NCBI GenBank assembly: GCA_963664815.2
Contig: CAXXHB010000003.1
Coordinates: 2,304,001-2,368,000, forward strand
Direction: 5' to 3'
DNA length: 64,000 nucleotides
Source: Spirochaetota bacterium
GTDB lineage: Bacteria > Spirochaetota > UBA4802 > UBA5550
The notes below the pieces were generated by a model. That model made no database searches, was not told the origin of the DNA, and was given only the letters and a program-made list of their open reading frames with translations. This document shows, in pieces, positions 49,194 through 59,550 of this stretch; within the stretch, counting starts at the first letter, position 1; every line of letters begins with the position of its first letter. A program made the position numbers and the translations under genes.

Positions 49194-49730
49194 TCAGCTG
49201 TTTTTTTCAACCATTTCCCAGTCTGGTTCATTTTTAAATATAACCGGCAGGTCATTTTCGATGTATCCCCTTATTGAATCATCTGCAAGATATATGAATG
49301 TAATTTCTGTATCTTTTTTACATTTTGCATAAAGCCATCCAGGAATTTTAATCCTTTTTTCACCGATCTTCCCGGGAAGACCACCGGCAATACCATTTAA
49401 AGAAAAAGAGAATGTTGCAGCAACATCAAGAGTCAACCAGTATCGGTTAAATTCATCATCCGGACCGGAATCATATGTCTGATACCTGTTTTCCTGTTGT
49501 TTATCCTTTATTATTCCATAAATTGCATACGGCAGACCTTTTCCGGGTTTATTCCTTATAATAAAAAACCATATGGAAAATGCGTATGCCGGGAGTGTAA
49601 TAAACCAGAGCCCTAAAAACAGACACACAGTACCAATAAGCGCCCACAGGATGCATAGAAAAATATTACCTTTTACGGCATTTTTTATTTCAGGAATAAG
49701 TTCAACATATACAGATGACCAGTTTACCAT
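49194..49730 (-). CDS. Membrane hypothetical protein
   Basis: Two N-terminal TM segments. Confidence 0.6.
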   Translation of the reverse strand: MVNWSSVYVELIPEIKNAVKGNIFLCILWALIGTVCLFLGLWFITLPAYAFSIWFFIIRNKPGKGLPYAIYGIIKDKQQENRYQTYDSGPDDEFNRYWLTLDVAATFSFSLNGIAGGLPGKIGEKRIKIPGWLYAKCKKDTEITFIYLADDSIRGYIENDLPVIFKNEPDWEMVEKNS

Positions 49731-49874
49731 ATTTTATCCCCTGTTTGATATTCTTTATAAATATTAACAATCTTTTTTTAATTTTGTTATTGATTACTCC
49801 GGATATTATACTGTAAATTAAATTTCAATTTTTTATGATAATATTAGGAATATAACATTCAGAATCCGGATGAT

Positions 49875-50612
49875 ATGAATAAAGATAACAGCGACGACGA
49901 AATTTATAATACTTTGCAAAACAATAATCCAGAAGATAGCATGATTGACGAATATGACCTGTACTATGGCGAAAATGCTGTTCCCGATAACGAAGTAAAA
50001 GTTAAAATCAGTGGCCCACTCAGCCGCCGGCCATCTTTAAAATCAGTTATGCCAGCTCTGTTTTTTTCAATACTGTTTATCATCTTTACTTATACTCTTA
50101 GCAATAACTCTTTTACAGATTATCTCTGGGCAAGCCATGATGCAATCTTCATAAAACATGAATACTGGCGCATTCTCACAGCTGTTTTTACGCATTCCGA
50201 CGGAATGCACCTTTTGTCCAATATGCCGTTTTTTATTATCTTCGGGTTTATTCTTTACGACTATTTCGGCTTTATACTTTTCCCGGTTATATCGCTTATA
50301 ACAGGCGTCGCTGCAAATATTATCACTCTCTGGTTCTACCCCGGCAATATAAAGCTTGTGGGGGCATCAGGGATGATTTACGGCATGGTGTCGCTCTGGC
50401 TTGTTCTCTATATTTTTCACGATACTGATCATACAATGACCAGGAGAATCTTCAGGGCAACCGGGTTTACATTGATAGTCCTTTTCCCTGAAACATACAA
50501 CCCGTCAACAAGCTATCTTGCCCACGCTGCCGGTTTTATTATAGGAATTTTATCAGCGCTGATAATTCTTCCATATACCATGTATAGAAATAAAAAGACC
50601 TCTGCTTCATAA
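49875..50612 (+). CDS. Rhomboid intramembrane serine protease
   Basis: EYWR, H....HLLSN, VGASG, AHAAG. Confidence 0.88.
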   Translation: MNKDNSDDEIYNTLQNNNPEDSMIDEYDLYYGENAVPDNEVKVKISGPLSRRPSLKSVMPALFFSILFIIFTYTLSNNSFTDYLWASHDAIFIKHEYWRILTAVFTHSDGMHLLSNMPFFIIFGFILYDYFGFILFPVISLITGVAANIITLWFYPGNIKLVGASGMIYGMVSLWLVLYIFHDTDHTMTRRIFRATGFTLIVLFPETYNPSTSYLAHAAGFIIGILSALIILPYTMYRNKKTSAS

Positions 50613-50712
50613 GACAGAGGTCTTAACAACATTTATAACAGATTCGTTTAATTTTTCAGCCTCTATACATGGTATATATAATAGTTAAAGAGCTTTAAAA
50701 TCCCCATCAATA

Positions 50713-50748
50713 TTTCCAGACTGCCGCAAACAGCAGTCTGGAAAAAAA
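50713..50748. terminator. Bidirectional terminator
   Basis: tttccagactgc-cgcaaaca-gcagtctggaaa between convergent genes. Confidence 0.75.
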
Positions 50749-50762
50749 TGCTGATAATTGCT

Positions 50763-51077
50763 TTATTTCAGAAATGAACAGCAGTAATCTGAAGGCGCTT
50801 TAACCCTCATCGTAAACTTTGAATTTGCAGGTATACTGAAAGATTCGCCCCCTTTTATCTGTTTCCACTCTTCACTCCCCGGCAGCTGGACATCAAGCTC
50901 ACCTGAATATATCTCCATAAGCTCGGCTGCGCCGGTATTAAACTGATATTCACCCTTCTGCATAAAACCGAGAGTCTTTTCCGTTCCGTCTGTAAAAATT
51001 ATCTTTCTGCTGACAACGTTTCCGTCGAAATATACATTTGCTTTTTTTACAATAGTAACATTTTTAAATTCAGACAT
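50763..51077 (-). CDS. ppnP: Pyrimidine/purine nucleoside phosphorylase PpnP (DUF1255)
   Basis: [19 protein letters not shown]...ELMEI, YCCSF. Confidence 0.9.
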   Translation of the reverse strand: MSEFKNVTIVKKANVYFDGNVVSRKIIFTDGTEKTLGFMQKGEYQFNTGAAELMEIYSGELDVQLPGSEEWKQIKGGESFSIPANSKFTMRVKAPSDYCCSFLK

Positions 51078-51283
51078 AAATTCCTCGCTATATAGGTTTA
51101 CAAATAGTGGACTAATTCAATTGTTATATTCTATAATCGAATCTTAAACGGCCATAATCAATCTTCAATGAAATTTGATATTTTTAATATTGATGAATAA
51201 TTTACAATGTAGTGTTTTATGATCAAATACTTTTTAAAACAGATTTGTTTAATGCGTGTTAATTTACCAGCGGATGAAGCATA

Positions 51284-51317
51284 AATAAAAACCGGGGGCA
51301 TTAAGCCGCCCCCCGGT
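51284..51317 (-). terminator. Rho-independent terminator
   Basis: accggggg stem with a T-run on the minus strand. Confidence 0.7.
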
Positions 51318-51326
51318 AATATTTCT

Positions 51327-52796
51327 TTATTTCTTTATTGTCATACCTGCAGTTTTTCTTACAAGGTTCTTTCTGAGTTTTATATCATACTGACTTGTAA
51401 TTGCAATCTGTTCCATAATTGGAGAACCGCCGCCATGATATCCGCCATAATTAAATACAGCACCCATCTTTGAGCATGCCATATCTGTATAATACAGCCA
51501 GAAACGAATCTGATCTTCAACAGTAAATTTGGCATTTCTGTTAAGGTATTTATCAATATATTTTTTAAGCTCAGGACTTGCCAGATCTGATTCATGTGGT
51601 AATGTTGCAGGAATACCGCCGGCTATCGCTGCAAGGATTTCCTGCTCATGGAACATCGCTTCACCTGTGAGGCAGCGTCCTACGTTACAATAAATTGCGT
51701 TTGGAATGCATGATCCCGGTCCAAAAGGCACCTGGCCGAAACCCGGGATATATACTTCAGGTTTTCCGAGATCTGAAGCTGTATATCCTGCTGCATACCC
51801 AAGCTCTGCAGTCATGATAAGTTCAGCAAGTTTCTCTTTTACATGAGATTCTTTTTCAATTCCGTTTATTTCAGCTGCTAATGCTGCAAGACCTGTCATC
51901 ATATCACCAACAGCAGGTTTGCAACCTGAATAACTGTGCCTGTGGAACAGAGCGAAAAGAAGTGCGCAAACGCCGCCAAGGAGATGTTCGCCACAGAGGA
52001 AAACTCTTTCCCATGGTACGAATACGTCGTCAAAAATTACATATGAATCAGTAAGACCGAAGTTGTGCTGTCTTTTAAAATGTTTTCTTCTGTCAACATT
52101 ATGCGGATCTATAATCTGTTTTACCCCTTCCCAGTCTCCGGGAATCGCAAAAGCTACAGCATAGTCTTTTTCATTTTCCATAAGGGCACGTGTAGGAAGA
52201 ACCAGAATCTCATCAACAACAGCAGCATTGGATATGTGAAGTTTGCAGCCCCTTACAACAATACCATCTGCTCTTCTTTCAACAACGTGCAGGTATTGAT
52301 CAGGATCTGTCTGCTCGCCCGGTCTTTTTAACCTTTCACCTTTAACGTCTGTCTGTGCGCATGTAGCTGTGAGGTCTTCTTTATGAAAGTTTGTAAGCCA
52401 TTTTGTAAAATTTTTATAATACTCAGTTTTACCGCCATTTGCCTTATCAGCTTCAAATGAAACAGCATTAATAGCATTGATAGCATCAGCACCCATACAA
52501 CGTCCTATACAGAAACCGACTTCACGTGTCAGCATCCTTGTCATATCCTGTTTTTTATGCAGATCATCAACATTCTGGTGAACATGTGAAAAACGGTTTA
52601 TTGTTTCTCCGGTTAAATGTGAAGTTGCAGTACAGAGATCCTTTGTTTCTGGATTGAACGCCGCATCAAATGTAACGCCAATAGTTTGTATTGATTCAGT
52701 TAACTGCTCATGGTCTCTTCCTACTATTTGTCCATCATAGTAGAGGTTCTTTTTCATCTTGTACAAACGTTCGATCCACTTCTCTTTGGTTATCAT
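51327..52796 (-). CDS. 4-hydroxybutyryl-CoA dehydratase-like FAD/[4Fe-4S] protein (HpaB/AbfD family)
   Basis: SHLTGETINRF, CIGRCMG, TDVKG, VRGCKLH, DDVFVPWERVF, HRHSYSGCK (Fe-S ligands), HGGGSP. Confidence 0.82.
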   Translation of the reverse strand: MITKEKWIERLYKMKKNLYYDGQIVGRDHEQLTESIQTIGVTFDAAFNPETKDLCTATSHLTGETINRFSHVHQNVDDLHKKQDMTRMLTREVGFCIGRCMGADAINAINAVSFEADKANGGKTEYYKNFTKWLTNFHKEDLTATCAQTDVKGERLKRPGEQTDPDQYLHVVERRADGIVVRGCKLHISNAAVVDEILVLPTRALMENEKDYAVAFAIPGDWEGVKQIIDPHNVDRRKHFKRQHNFGLTDSYVIFDDVFVPWERVFLCGEHLLGGVCALLFALFHRHSYSGCKPAVGDMMTGLAALAAEINGIEKESHVKEKLAELIMTAELGYAAGYTASDLGKPEVYIPGFGQVPFGPGSCIPNAIYCNVGRCLTGEAMFHEQEILAAIAGGIPATLPHESDLASPELKKYIDKYLNRNAKFTVEDQIRFWLYYTDMACSKMGAVFNYGGYHGGGSPIMEQIAITSQYDIKLRKNLVRKTAGMTIKK

Positions 52797-53223
52797 CTGC
52801 TTTCTCCTTATCTTAGTTTTCTTAATTTTCTTACAACCCAACTTTACTTTTTTAATAAAACCGATACAGTCAAGATTGTCTCTATATTTTTAACAATATT
52901 TATTGTATCACTTTATTTTAGTAATATGTTTAAATAGTTGCAACATGTTACACTATACTGTAAAAAAGTATAAGTTTATTCTGTCAAGTTTTTATCAATA
53001 ATAACTACAGATAGCTACTTTTTTTACTAAAATATTTAAAATTTTAATAAATTTTGAAATTAACTTTACATATTTATTGATTTGTCGACTTTTATCATAT
53101 TTTTGAGGTATTGAATCGATGAATTTAGTTACATTTAACAGGCAATTTATTAAACATATTTTATCAATTGTTTAATTTTTGCTGCCTGCAATATGTAATT
53201 TTTAATGCCTGAGAATAAAGAAA

Positions 53224-53901
53224 TTATTCCTCTTGAGAGTCGCGGCAGTTTTTAAGACGTATTTCATTTTGTACTGAATTTAACAGCGGACATGTATTTC
53301 TATCGGGGGGAACCGATCTAATACCATCAAGAATTGTATCTATAAGAGGATCAACATGTTCGACCAGATTTGAGGGTTCCCCAAGAAGAAGCCACCTGAT
53401 GCTGAGGTGTTCAATACATCCCAGTATCATAGACCTTACCAGAAGCGCATCAGTATTCTTTTTAAAAATACCACTGTCTATCCCCTCCTGTATTATACTC
53501 AGAAGTTTCCCCGCGACCTCACGAATCAGTTTATATGCATCAGTTTTTAAAAAATTCCTGTTGGATTTCAACTGCAGCATTATAAGAGCAGTATACTGGG
53601 CATTCTTCATATAAAGATTCATATACCCCTGCACCATTGCTCTTATCTTACTTTCGGTATCTCTCAGATACGGGAGGACAATCATCCACTCCCTGTAAGC
53701 CTCTTCCGTAATCTCCTCCGGAATTGCAAATAACAGCTCTTCCTTTGTTTTAAAATACTCATAAACCGTAGCTTCGGAAACATTTGCAGCCTTGCTTATT
53801 TCAGATATTGTAGAGTCCTGAAAACCCTTCTCGGCAAATATTACAAGAGCAGCCTGAATGATCTTGTTTCTTCTTACAACTCTTGGACTTGTATTTAACA
53901 T
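53224..53901 (-). CDS. TetR-family regulator
   Basis: FAEKGFQDSTISEISKAANVSEATVYEYFKTKEELL. Confidence 0.92.
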   Translation of the reverse strand: MLNTSPRVVRRNKIIQAALVIFAEKGFQDSTISEISKAANVSEATVYEYFKTKEELLFAIPEEITEEAYREWMIVLPYLRDTESKIRAMVQGYMNLYMKNAQYTALIMLQLKSNRNFLKTDAYKLIREVAGKLLSIIQEGIDSGIFKKNTDALLVRSMILGCIEHLSIRWLLLGEPSNLVEHVDPLIDTILDGIRSVPPDRNTCPLLNSVQNEIRLKNCRDSQEE

Positions 53902-54080
53902 CAAATACTCCTTTAATATATTAAGTTCCGGAGGTAAAAGATCAGACAGGTTTATCCGGAACCTGCATTATTTCCATTCAAATGGGAAAAAGATAATGCA
54001 CACCCTGTCAGGTATGATTCTGAAAGCAGAAATATCCATCACATCCGGAACTGCTTTAAAAAACAGGTTTTGAAAAAATT

Positions 54081-55217
54081 TTATCTCTTTTTCTTCGGCA
54101 GTATTACAACCTTTCTTTCACCTTCAACCAGCATTATAGCATCTGCCGGACAGGAAGCAGCACAAACACCGCATCCGATACAGGTATCAACAACCCTGTC
54201 TGCCTTCTTGTTGTCCTTCATGTACGCAGAACCGGTGTGGCATACCTCAACACACTTCCCGCAGCCGATACACGCATCCTGGTCAACAACTGCAAGATAA
54301 TTTGTTGCATTGGTTATGGGAACTATCATATTATCAACTGAATTTCCGCAGCAGCATCTGCAGCAGTTACAGATACTGGTTTCATCCTTGGTTATATCAA
54401 AGTTCGGATGGTAAGCTTTATGAACAAGCCCATCCTCTTCTGACTTTTTAAGCACCTGAAGAGCTTCCTCCTTTGTAATCATACGGGCAAATCCCTGTTC
54501 GGTTGTATAGTGAGCGGATTTTCCGAATGTGAAGCATGTCTCTCTCATATCCGTTACTTTGCACGGCGTTCCCAACACATCTTTATAATGGCGGCAGAAA
54601 CAGTGTCCGAGAGCTATCTCGTCATACTTCATTATAAGCTCTTCAACCCTCTGGGATGGCAGTATTTTATCCACATGTTCTTCAATTTGATGATTTATCT
54701 TAATTGTTTTACCTGTGGCCTTATTAACATGAACAGGAACCGTTCTATCCACAGGGGGCATATTTTTTAAAAATGGGATAAGGGCATCATATTTTTCCTG
54801 TACCATTTCATCCAGATCTTTGAACAGTTTAACAAAAAGCTGTGCAATTTCCCTGTTCCTGTCATTGAAATCCAGTTTGCCCATGAAAGTATATTCAAAG
54901 GTGCCGACGTTTAACAGAGGCAATAACCTGTAAACCAGTATTCCCTTGCTGTTAGGCTGATTGAAAATTACACCTTTTTTTGAAAGATCGTTTACCTTTT
55001 TTAATATTTCAGCTTCAGGAAGGCCTGTACTGATTTTAAGCTGATCGAGAGTTTGCGACTTCTGTTCTTTGTATGCTGCAATAAAATCAAGTTCATCTTC
55101 TTTAATAAAATATGTCAGCAGTTTTACAAGAGTATCATTGACAATAATATGCGTTCCGCCGGCTTTAGATATAATCTCCCCGGCTGTCAGGTATTTTTGC
55201 TCAATTGCTTTATCCAT
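54081..55217 (-). CDS. Iron-sulfur protein with a C-terminal 2x[4Fe-4S] ferredoxin domain
   Basis: CFCR, CNCCRCCC, CIGCGKCVEVC, CIGCGVCAASCP. Confidence 0.85.
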   Translation of the reverse strand: MDKAIEQKYLTAGEIISKAGGTHIIVNDTLVKLLTYFIKEDELDFIAAYKEQKSQTLDQLKISTGLPEAEILKKVNDLSKKGVIFNQPNSKGILVYRLLPLLNVGTFEYTFMGKLDFNDRNREIAQLFVKLFKDLDEMVQEKYDALIPFLKNMPPVDRTVPVHVNKATGKTIKINHQIEEHVDKILPSQRVEELIMKYDEIALGHCFCRHYKDVLGTPCKVTDMRETCFTFGKSAHYTTEQGFARMITKEEALQVLKKSEEDGLVHKAYHPNFDITKDETSICNCCRCCCGNSVDNMIVPITNATNYLAVVDQDACIGCGKCVEVCHTGSAYMKDNKKADRVVDTCIGCGVCAASCPADAIMLVEGERKVVILPKKKR

Positions 55218-55995
55218 TTTTTTACTCCCGCTCCTTTATTTATTAATAGTTTTAATTTTTAAATAAACAGCCTGCTGATCTGAATCAGTAAATATCCCTT
55301 GTTTTTCAGTAAAAATATTATAATCTTCACAACGTCAGCGACACCGATTTGTTGGTTATCTTTATATTTACACTATAAAATCAAATCCGGAATTATAACT
55401 GAATCTTAATATATCTTCAAAAATTATAAATTTTGAATCAAGCATTTTATATCATTATCGAAATAAACAGGTTAAATCATATGCATAATCAGATTATTGC
55501 ACCTAATCATTACCAGCGTTCATGTATAGAATACTGTTTTTAAATTTACCCTGATTTTGCAATTATTTTTTAAAAATCCATAGCATTTATTTATTTTTTT
55601 TAATTTTTCTATTGACACAGACTGAATAGACTTTGCAATTCAAAGTGTTGCTATATGTTTTCATTATTATATAAAGAAAACAACTAAAAATGGTTATTTT
55701 TAATAAAAAAATAAACTTTCAGATTAAACTTCAGAGAGATGAAACAGTTCATTTTATATCAACCGCTTCACCGGCGCAGACCAGTTTCAATCACCCTGAA
55801 AAAAAACCGGAAAATAATATAATTTTCCATCCCGGCTGTTATCAAAACTCCGGGCGTTATATTACAACTGAAGATGCGGGCCTTTGCTGCTCTTTAATCT
55901 TCACTTTAAAACAGCATATACGGCAGTTTTAAAAAAATATAGACAAATATATTTTATGTTTAAAATTGCCATTAATAATTTTTTAAGGAGAGTGT

Positions 55996-56904
55996 ATGAA
56001 TATAAATGATATTAAAAAAGTAGTTATTCTCGGTGCAGGTACCATGGGTCAGCAGATCAGTATTCCGTGCGCACTCGGTGGTTATGATGTAGTTATTTAT
56101 GATATCAGCGAAGATGCTCTTCAGAAAGCCCTCAAGGGTATTCCGGAGATAATGGCAGCGATGATTGCCAATAAAAGACTTACACAGTCCGAGGCGGACG
56201 CCTTAATTAAACGTATAACAACAACTTCAAATCCAGAGGTAGCTGCAAAGGATGCTGATCTTATAAATGAATCAGTTCCCGAAGTACCTGAGCTTAAAGT
56301 AAAGGTTTTCTCACAGTTTAACAAGCTCTGTCCGGAACGTACCATCTTTACAACAAACACCTCATCTCTGCTCCCTTCAAAGTTTGCTGATGCCACTGGA
56401 AGACCTGAGAAATTTCTTTCACTTCACTATCACGACACAACTGTAACAGATGTTGTAGATATAATGCCTCACCCCGGAACTTCAAAAGAAATAATTGAGA
56501 TTGTGCGACAGTTTGCAGTTAAAACCGGACAGATTCCGATTATGATGAAAAAGGAAAACTCAGGTTACGTTTTCAACTATATGATGGGAGCCGTTTATAC
56601 AACCGCACTATCGCTTGTATCAAGAAACGTAGTTTCAGTTGAAGATGTGGACAGAGCATGGATGGGGGTCACTCATATGCCCTACGGCCCGTTCGGAATT
56701 ATGGATAATATCGGCCTGGATACGATGTATCATGTAACCGAATTCTGGGCTGAAAAAACACAGGAACCCCGTCAGCTGCAGAATGCTGTTTATCTTAAAA
56801 AATATATAGAAGCCGGAACTCTCGGAAGAAAGGTAAAAAAAGGATTCTACACTTACCCTAATCCAGCCTATGAGCATCCGGATTTTCTTAAACAGGCAAA
56901 ATAA
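55996..56904 (+). CDS. 3-hydroxyacyl-CoA dehydrogenase
   Basis: GAGTMG, ESVPE..K, TNTSS, GYVFN, GPFGIMDNIGLD, GFYTYP. Confidence 0.92.
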   Translation: MNINDIKKVVILGAGTMGQQISIPCALGGYDVVIYDISEDALQKALKGIPEIMAAMIANKRLTQSEADALIKRITTTSNPEVAAKDADLINESVPEVPELKVKVFSQFNKLCPERTIFTTNTSSLLPSKFADATGRPEKFLSLHYHDTTVTDVVDIMPHPGTSKEIIEIVRQFAVKTGQIPIMMKKENSGYVFNYMMGAVYTTALSLVSRNVVSVEDVDRAWMGVTHMPYGPFGIMDNIGLDTMYHVTEFWAEKTQEPRQLQNAVYLKKYIEAGTLGRKVKKGFYTYPNPAYEHPDFLKQAK

Positions 56905-56921
56905 TTACAGAGGAGATAATA

Positions 56922-57686
56922 ATGAAAGCAAATTTTGATCTTACAGGTAAAGTAGCAATAGTAACCGGCGCAAGCCGCGGGATTGGCGAAGAGATAGCCA
57001 AAACCCTAGCTGCACATGGTGCAAAGGTTGTTATAACAAACAAAAATATTGAAGGTCTGCCGGAAGTTGAAGCAAAGATTAAAGCTGCCGGTGGTGAAGT
57101 AACTGCAATGACATGCCATAACGGAATTATGGCAGATATAGACAGACTCATGAAAGACGTTGAAGCAAAATATGGCAGGCTTGACATACTCGTAAATAAT
57201 GCAGCAGCAAATTTCTATTATGGCGAGATGATCGGAGCTGATGAGACTGTATGGGACAAAACAATGGAAGTCAATCTTAAAGGAACTTTCTTTATGAGCC
57301 AGTACGCAATGAAGCTTATGTTAAAATCCGGCGGCGGCTCAATTATCAATATAGCATCAGTAAATGGTATCGTACCGGCTGCCATGCAGGGAGTATATTC
57401 AATAACAAAAGCCGGCGTTATCTCAATGACCAAAGGATTTGCAAAAGAACTCGGACAGAAGGGAATCAGGGTCAATGCAGTCTGTCCAGGTCTGACAGAT
57501 ACAAAATTCGCAGCAGTTATGGTTCATAACGACGATCTTATGGAAAAAGAACTCCTCCCGAGAATTCCCATGCACCGTGCTGCTCAGCCCGATGAAATGA
57601 CAGGAGTTGTTGTATTCCTTGCATCTGAAGCCTCTTCATTTATGACAGGTTCAATAGTTGTAGTTGACGGCGGACAGACAGCGTAA
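56922..57686 (+). CDS. SDR-family oxidoreductase
   Basis: TGASRGIG, NNAA, YSITK, IRVNAVCPG. Confidence 0.93.
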   Translation: MKANFDLTGKVAIVTGASRGIGEEIAKTLAAHGAKVVITNKNIEGLPEVEAKIKAAGGEVTAMTCHNGIMADIDRLMKDVEAKYGRLDILVNNAAANFYYGEMIGADETVWDKTMEVNLKGTFFMSQYAMKLMLKSGGGSIINIASVNGIVPAAMQGVYSITKAGVISMTKGFAKELGQKGIRVNAVCPGLTDTKFAAVMVHNDDLMEKELLPRIPMHRAAQPDEMTGVVVFLASEASSFMTGSIVVVDGGQTA

Positions 57687-57698
57687 TTATAACACAAT

Positions 57699-57738
57699 TT
57701 ATATACAGGGATGAGATTTATCGCGTCCCTGTATATAA
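57699..57738. terminator. Terminator between convergent genes
   Basis: tatatacagggatg...cgtccctgtatata. Confidence 0.7.
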
Positions 57739-59544
57739 TTATATCTGTTTTTCATTCTTCATCTTCTCTTCAAGGTCCATCCATCTTTCAAAGAGTGACT
57801 CAAGTGCTGAATCAAGACCTTCAATCTCCCTGTTTACTTCACCGGCTTTGTGTGCCTGCTGTTTAAAAAAGTCAGGATCATGAAGCATTGCAACAAGTTC
57901 CTCTTTTCTTTTTTCAAGGGTTGATATTTCATCCGGAATAGTTTCAAATTCCCTTTTCTCTTTGAATGTCATTTTTGTTTTTTCCGGTTGTTTCTTCTCC
58001 CTCTGTACAGGTTTTTCCCTGACCTCTTTCACGACTGTTCTCTGCCTCAGCCAGTCATCGTAGCCGCCGGCATATTCCCTTACAGCGCCATTCCCCTCAA
58101 AGGCTATTGTGCTTGTTACTACATTGTTCAGAAACTCCCTGTCATGACTTACCACAATAAGTGTTCCCTCATATTCAACAAGCAGCTCTTCAAGAAGTTC
58201 AACAGTTTCCAGATCAAGATCATTAGTCGGTTCGTCCATTATCAGCAGATTAAACGGCCTGGCAAAAAGCCTGGCAAGCATCAGCCTGTTCTTCTCCCCG
58301 CCTGATAGTACCCCCACTTTTTCATCAGCCCTGTCGGGCGCAAAGAGAAAATCCTGCAGGTAACCTATTACATGCCTGTTTTTGCCGTTGAACTCAATAA
58401 TATCATTTCCGTCGGTTACATTCTGCCGTATTGTACGCTCATCGTCGAGCTGGTCTCTCAGCTGATCAAAATACGCTGTTTCAAGTCTGGTTCCATGTTT
58501 TACTCTGCCGGAGTTCATCTCCAGCTGCCGGAGGAGAAGCTTAATAAGTGTGCTTTTACCGCATCCATTGGGACCGATAATCCCCACTTTATCTCCCCGC
58601 ATTATTGTCGTGGAGAAATCTTTTATAATTTTATTATCATCATATCCGAATGATATGTTTTCAGCTTCAATAACAAGTTTTCCGGAACGTTCACCCTGTA
58701 TCCTTTCAAGCTTTACAACCCCCTGCTGCTCAAGGCGTTTACTCCTTTCAACCCTCAGAGCTTTCAAAGCCCTTACACGCCCCTCGTTTCTTGTACGGCG
58801 CGCCTTGATACCCTTCCTTATCCAGATCTCCTCCTGCTCAAGCTTTTTGTCAAAGAGTGCGTTCTGTATCTCTTCCGATTCAAGCCAGGCCTCCTTTCTT
58901 TTAAGAAAAGTCTGGTAATCACAGTTCCAGTCGAATATATTTCCACGGTCAATTTCCAGTATCCGCACGGCAACCTTCTGTAAAAAAGCCCTGTCATGAG
59001 TAACAAAGAAGACTGTTTTTTCATATCTTACAAGAAAATCCTCCAGCCACCTTATCGAATCAATATCAAGATGATTTGTCGGTTCATCGAGAAGAAGAAT
59101 ATCGGGATCATTTACAAGCGCCTGCCCCAGCAGAACGCGGCGCTTCATTCCTGCCGAAAGTGACTGGAATTCAGGTGAGGTATCAAGAGACATCTGGGAT
59201 ACAACCCTCTCTATCTGCCTGATGTGTTTCTGTTCAAGATGATCACGATGTACAACATACCCGTAATCAACAATTCCCCGTGCAAGTACAGAGTAGACAT
59301 CTCCGGTAATACCATCCGGTACCTCCTGCTGAAGAATTGATGTGCGAAGATCCCTGCTGCGGAAGATCTTACCCGAATCCGGTTCCACAAGCCCATGTAT
59401 TACCTTCATCAGCGTTGACTTCCCCGCGCCGTTTCTCCCCAGAAGAGATATCTTCTCCCCTTCATGGATCTGAATGTTCAGCCCGTTCAGAAGATTCGGA
59501 CCGCCGAATGATAATGATACATCCTGAAAATTTATCAGTGCCAT
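57739..59544 (-). CDS. uup: ABC-F protein Uup
   Basis: Two ABC cassettes; linker WIRKGIKARRTRNEGRVRAL; C-terminal coiled domain ERWMDLE. Confidence 0.85.
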   Translation of the reverse strand: MALINFQDVSLSFGGPNLLNGLNIQIHEGEKISLLGRNGAGKSTLMKVIHGLVEPDSGKIFRSRDLRTSILQQEVPDGITGDVYSVLARGIVDYGYVVHRDHLEQKHIRQIERVVSQMSLDTSPEFQSLSAGMKRRVLLGQALVNDPDILLLDEPTNHLDIDSIRWLEDFLVRYEKTVFFVTHDRAFLQKVAVRILEIDRGNIFDWNCDYQTFLKRKEAWLESEEIQNALFDKKLEQEEIWIRKGIKARRTRNEGRVRALKALRVERSKRLEQQGVVKLERIQGERSGKLVIEAENISFGYDDNKIIKDFSTTIMRGDKVGIIGPNGCGKSTLIKLLLRQLEMNSGRVKHGTRLETAYFDQLRDQLDDERTIRQNVTDGNDIIEFNGKNRHVIGYLQDFLFAPDRADEKVGVLSGGEKNRLMLARLFARPFNLLIMDEPTNDLDLETVELLEELLVEYEGTLIVVSHDREFLNNVVTSTIAFEGNGAVREYAGGYDDWLRQRTVVKEVREKPVQREKKQPEKTKMTFKEKREFETIPDEISTLEKRKEELVAMLHDPDFFKQQAHKAGEVNREIEGLDSALESLFERWMDLEEKMKNEKQI

Positions 59545-59550
59545 ATATTG

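Noticed and set aside
53905-54080. Repeated tccggaac motifs and weak hairpins before tetR
   Set aside because: Short and imperfect; cannot be distinguished from chance without computation.
55690-55932. 80-aa ORF or structured leader before the 3-hydroxyacyl-CoA dehydrogenase
   Set aside because: No RBS, no recognisable motif and no identifiable riboswitch pattern.
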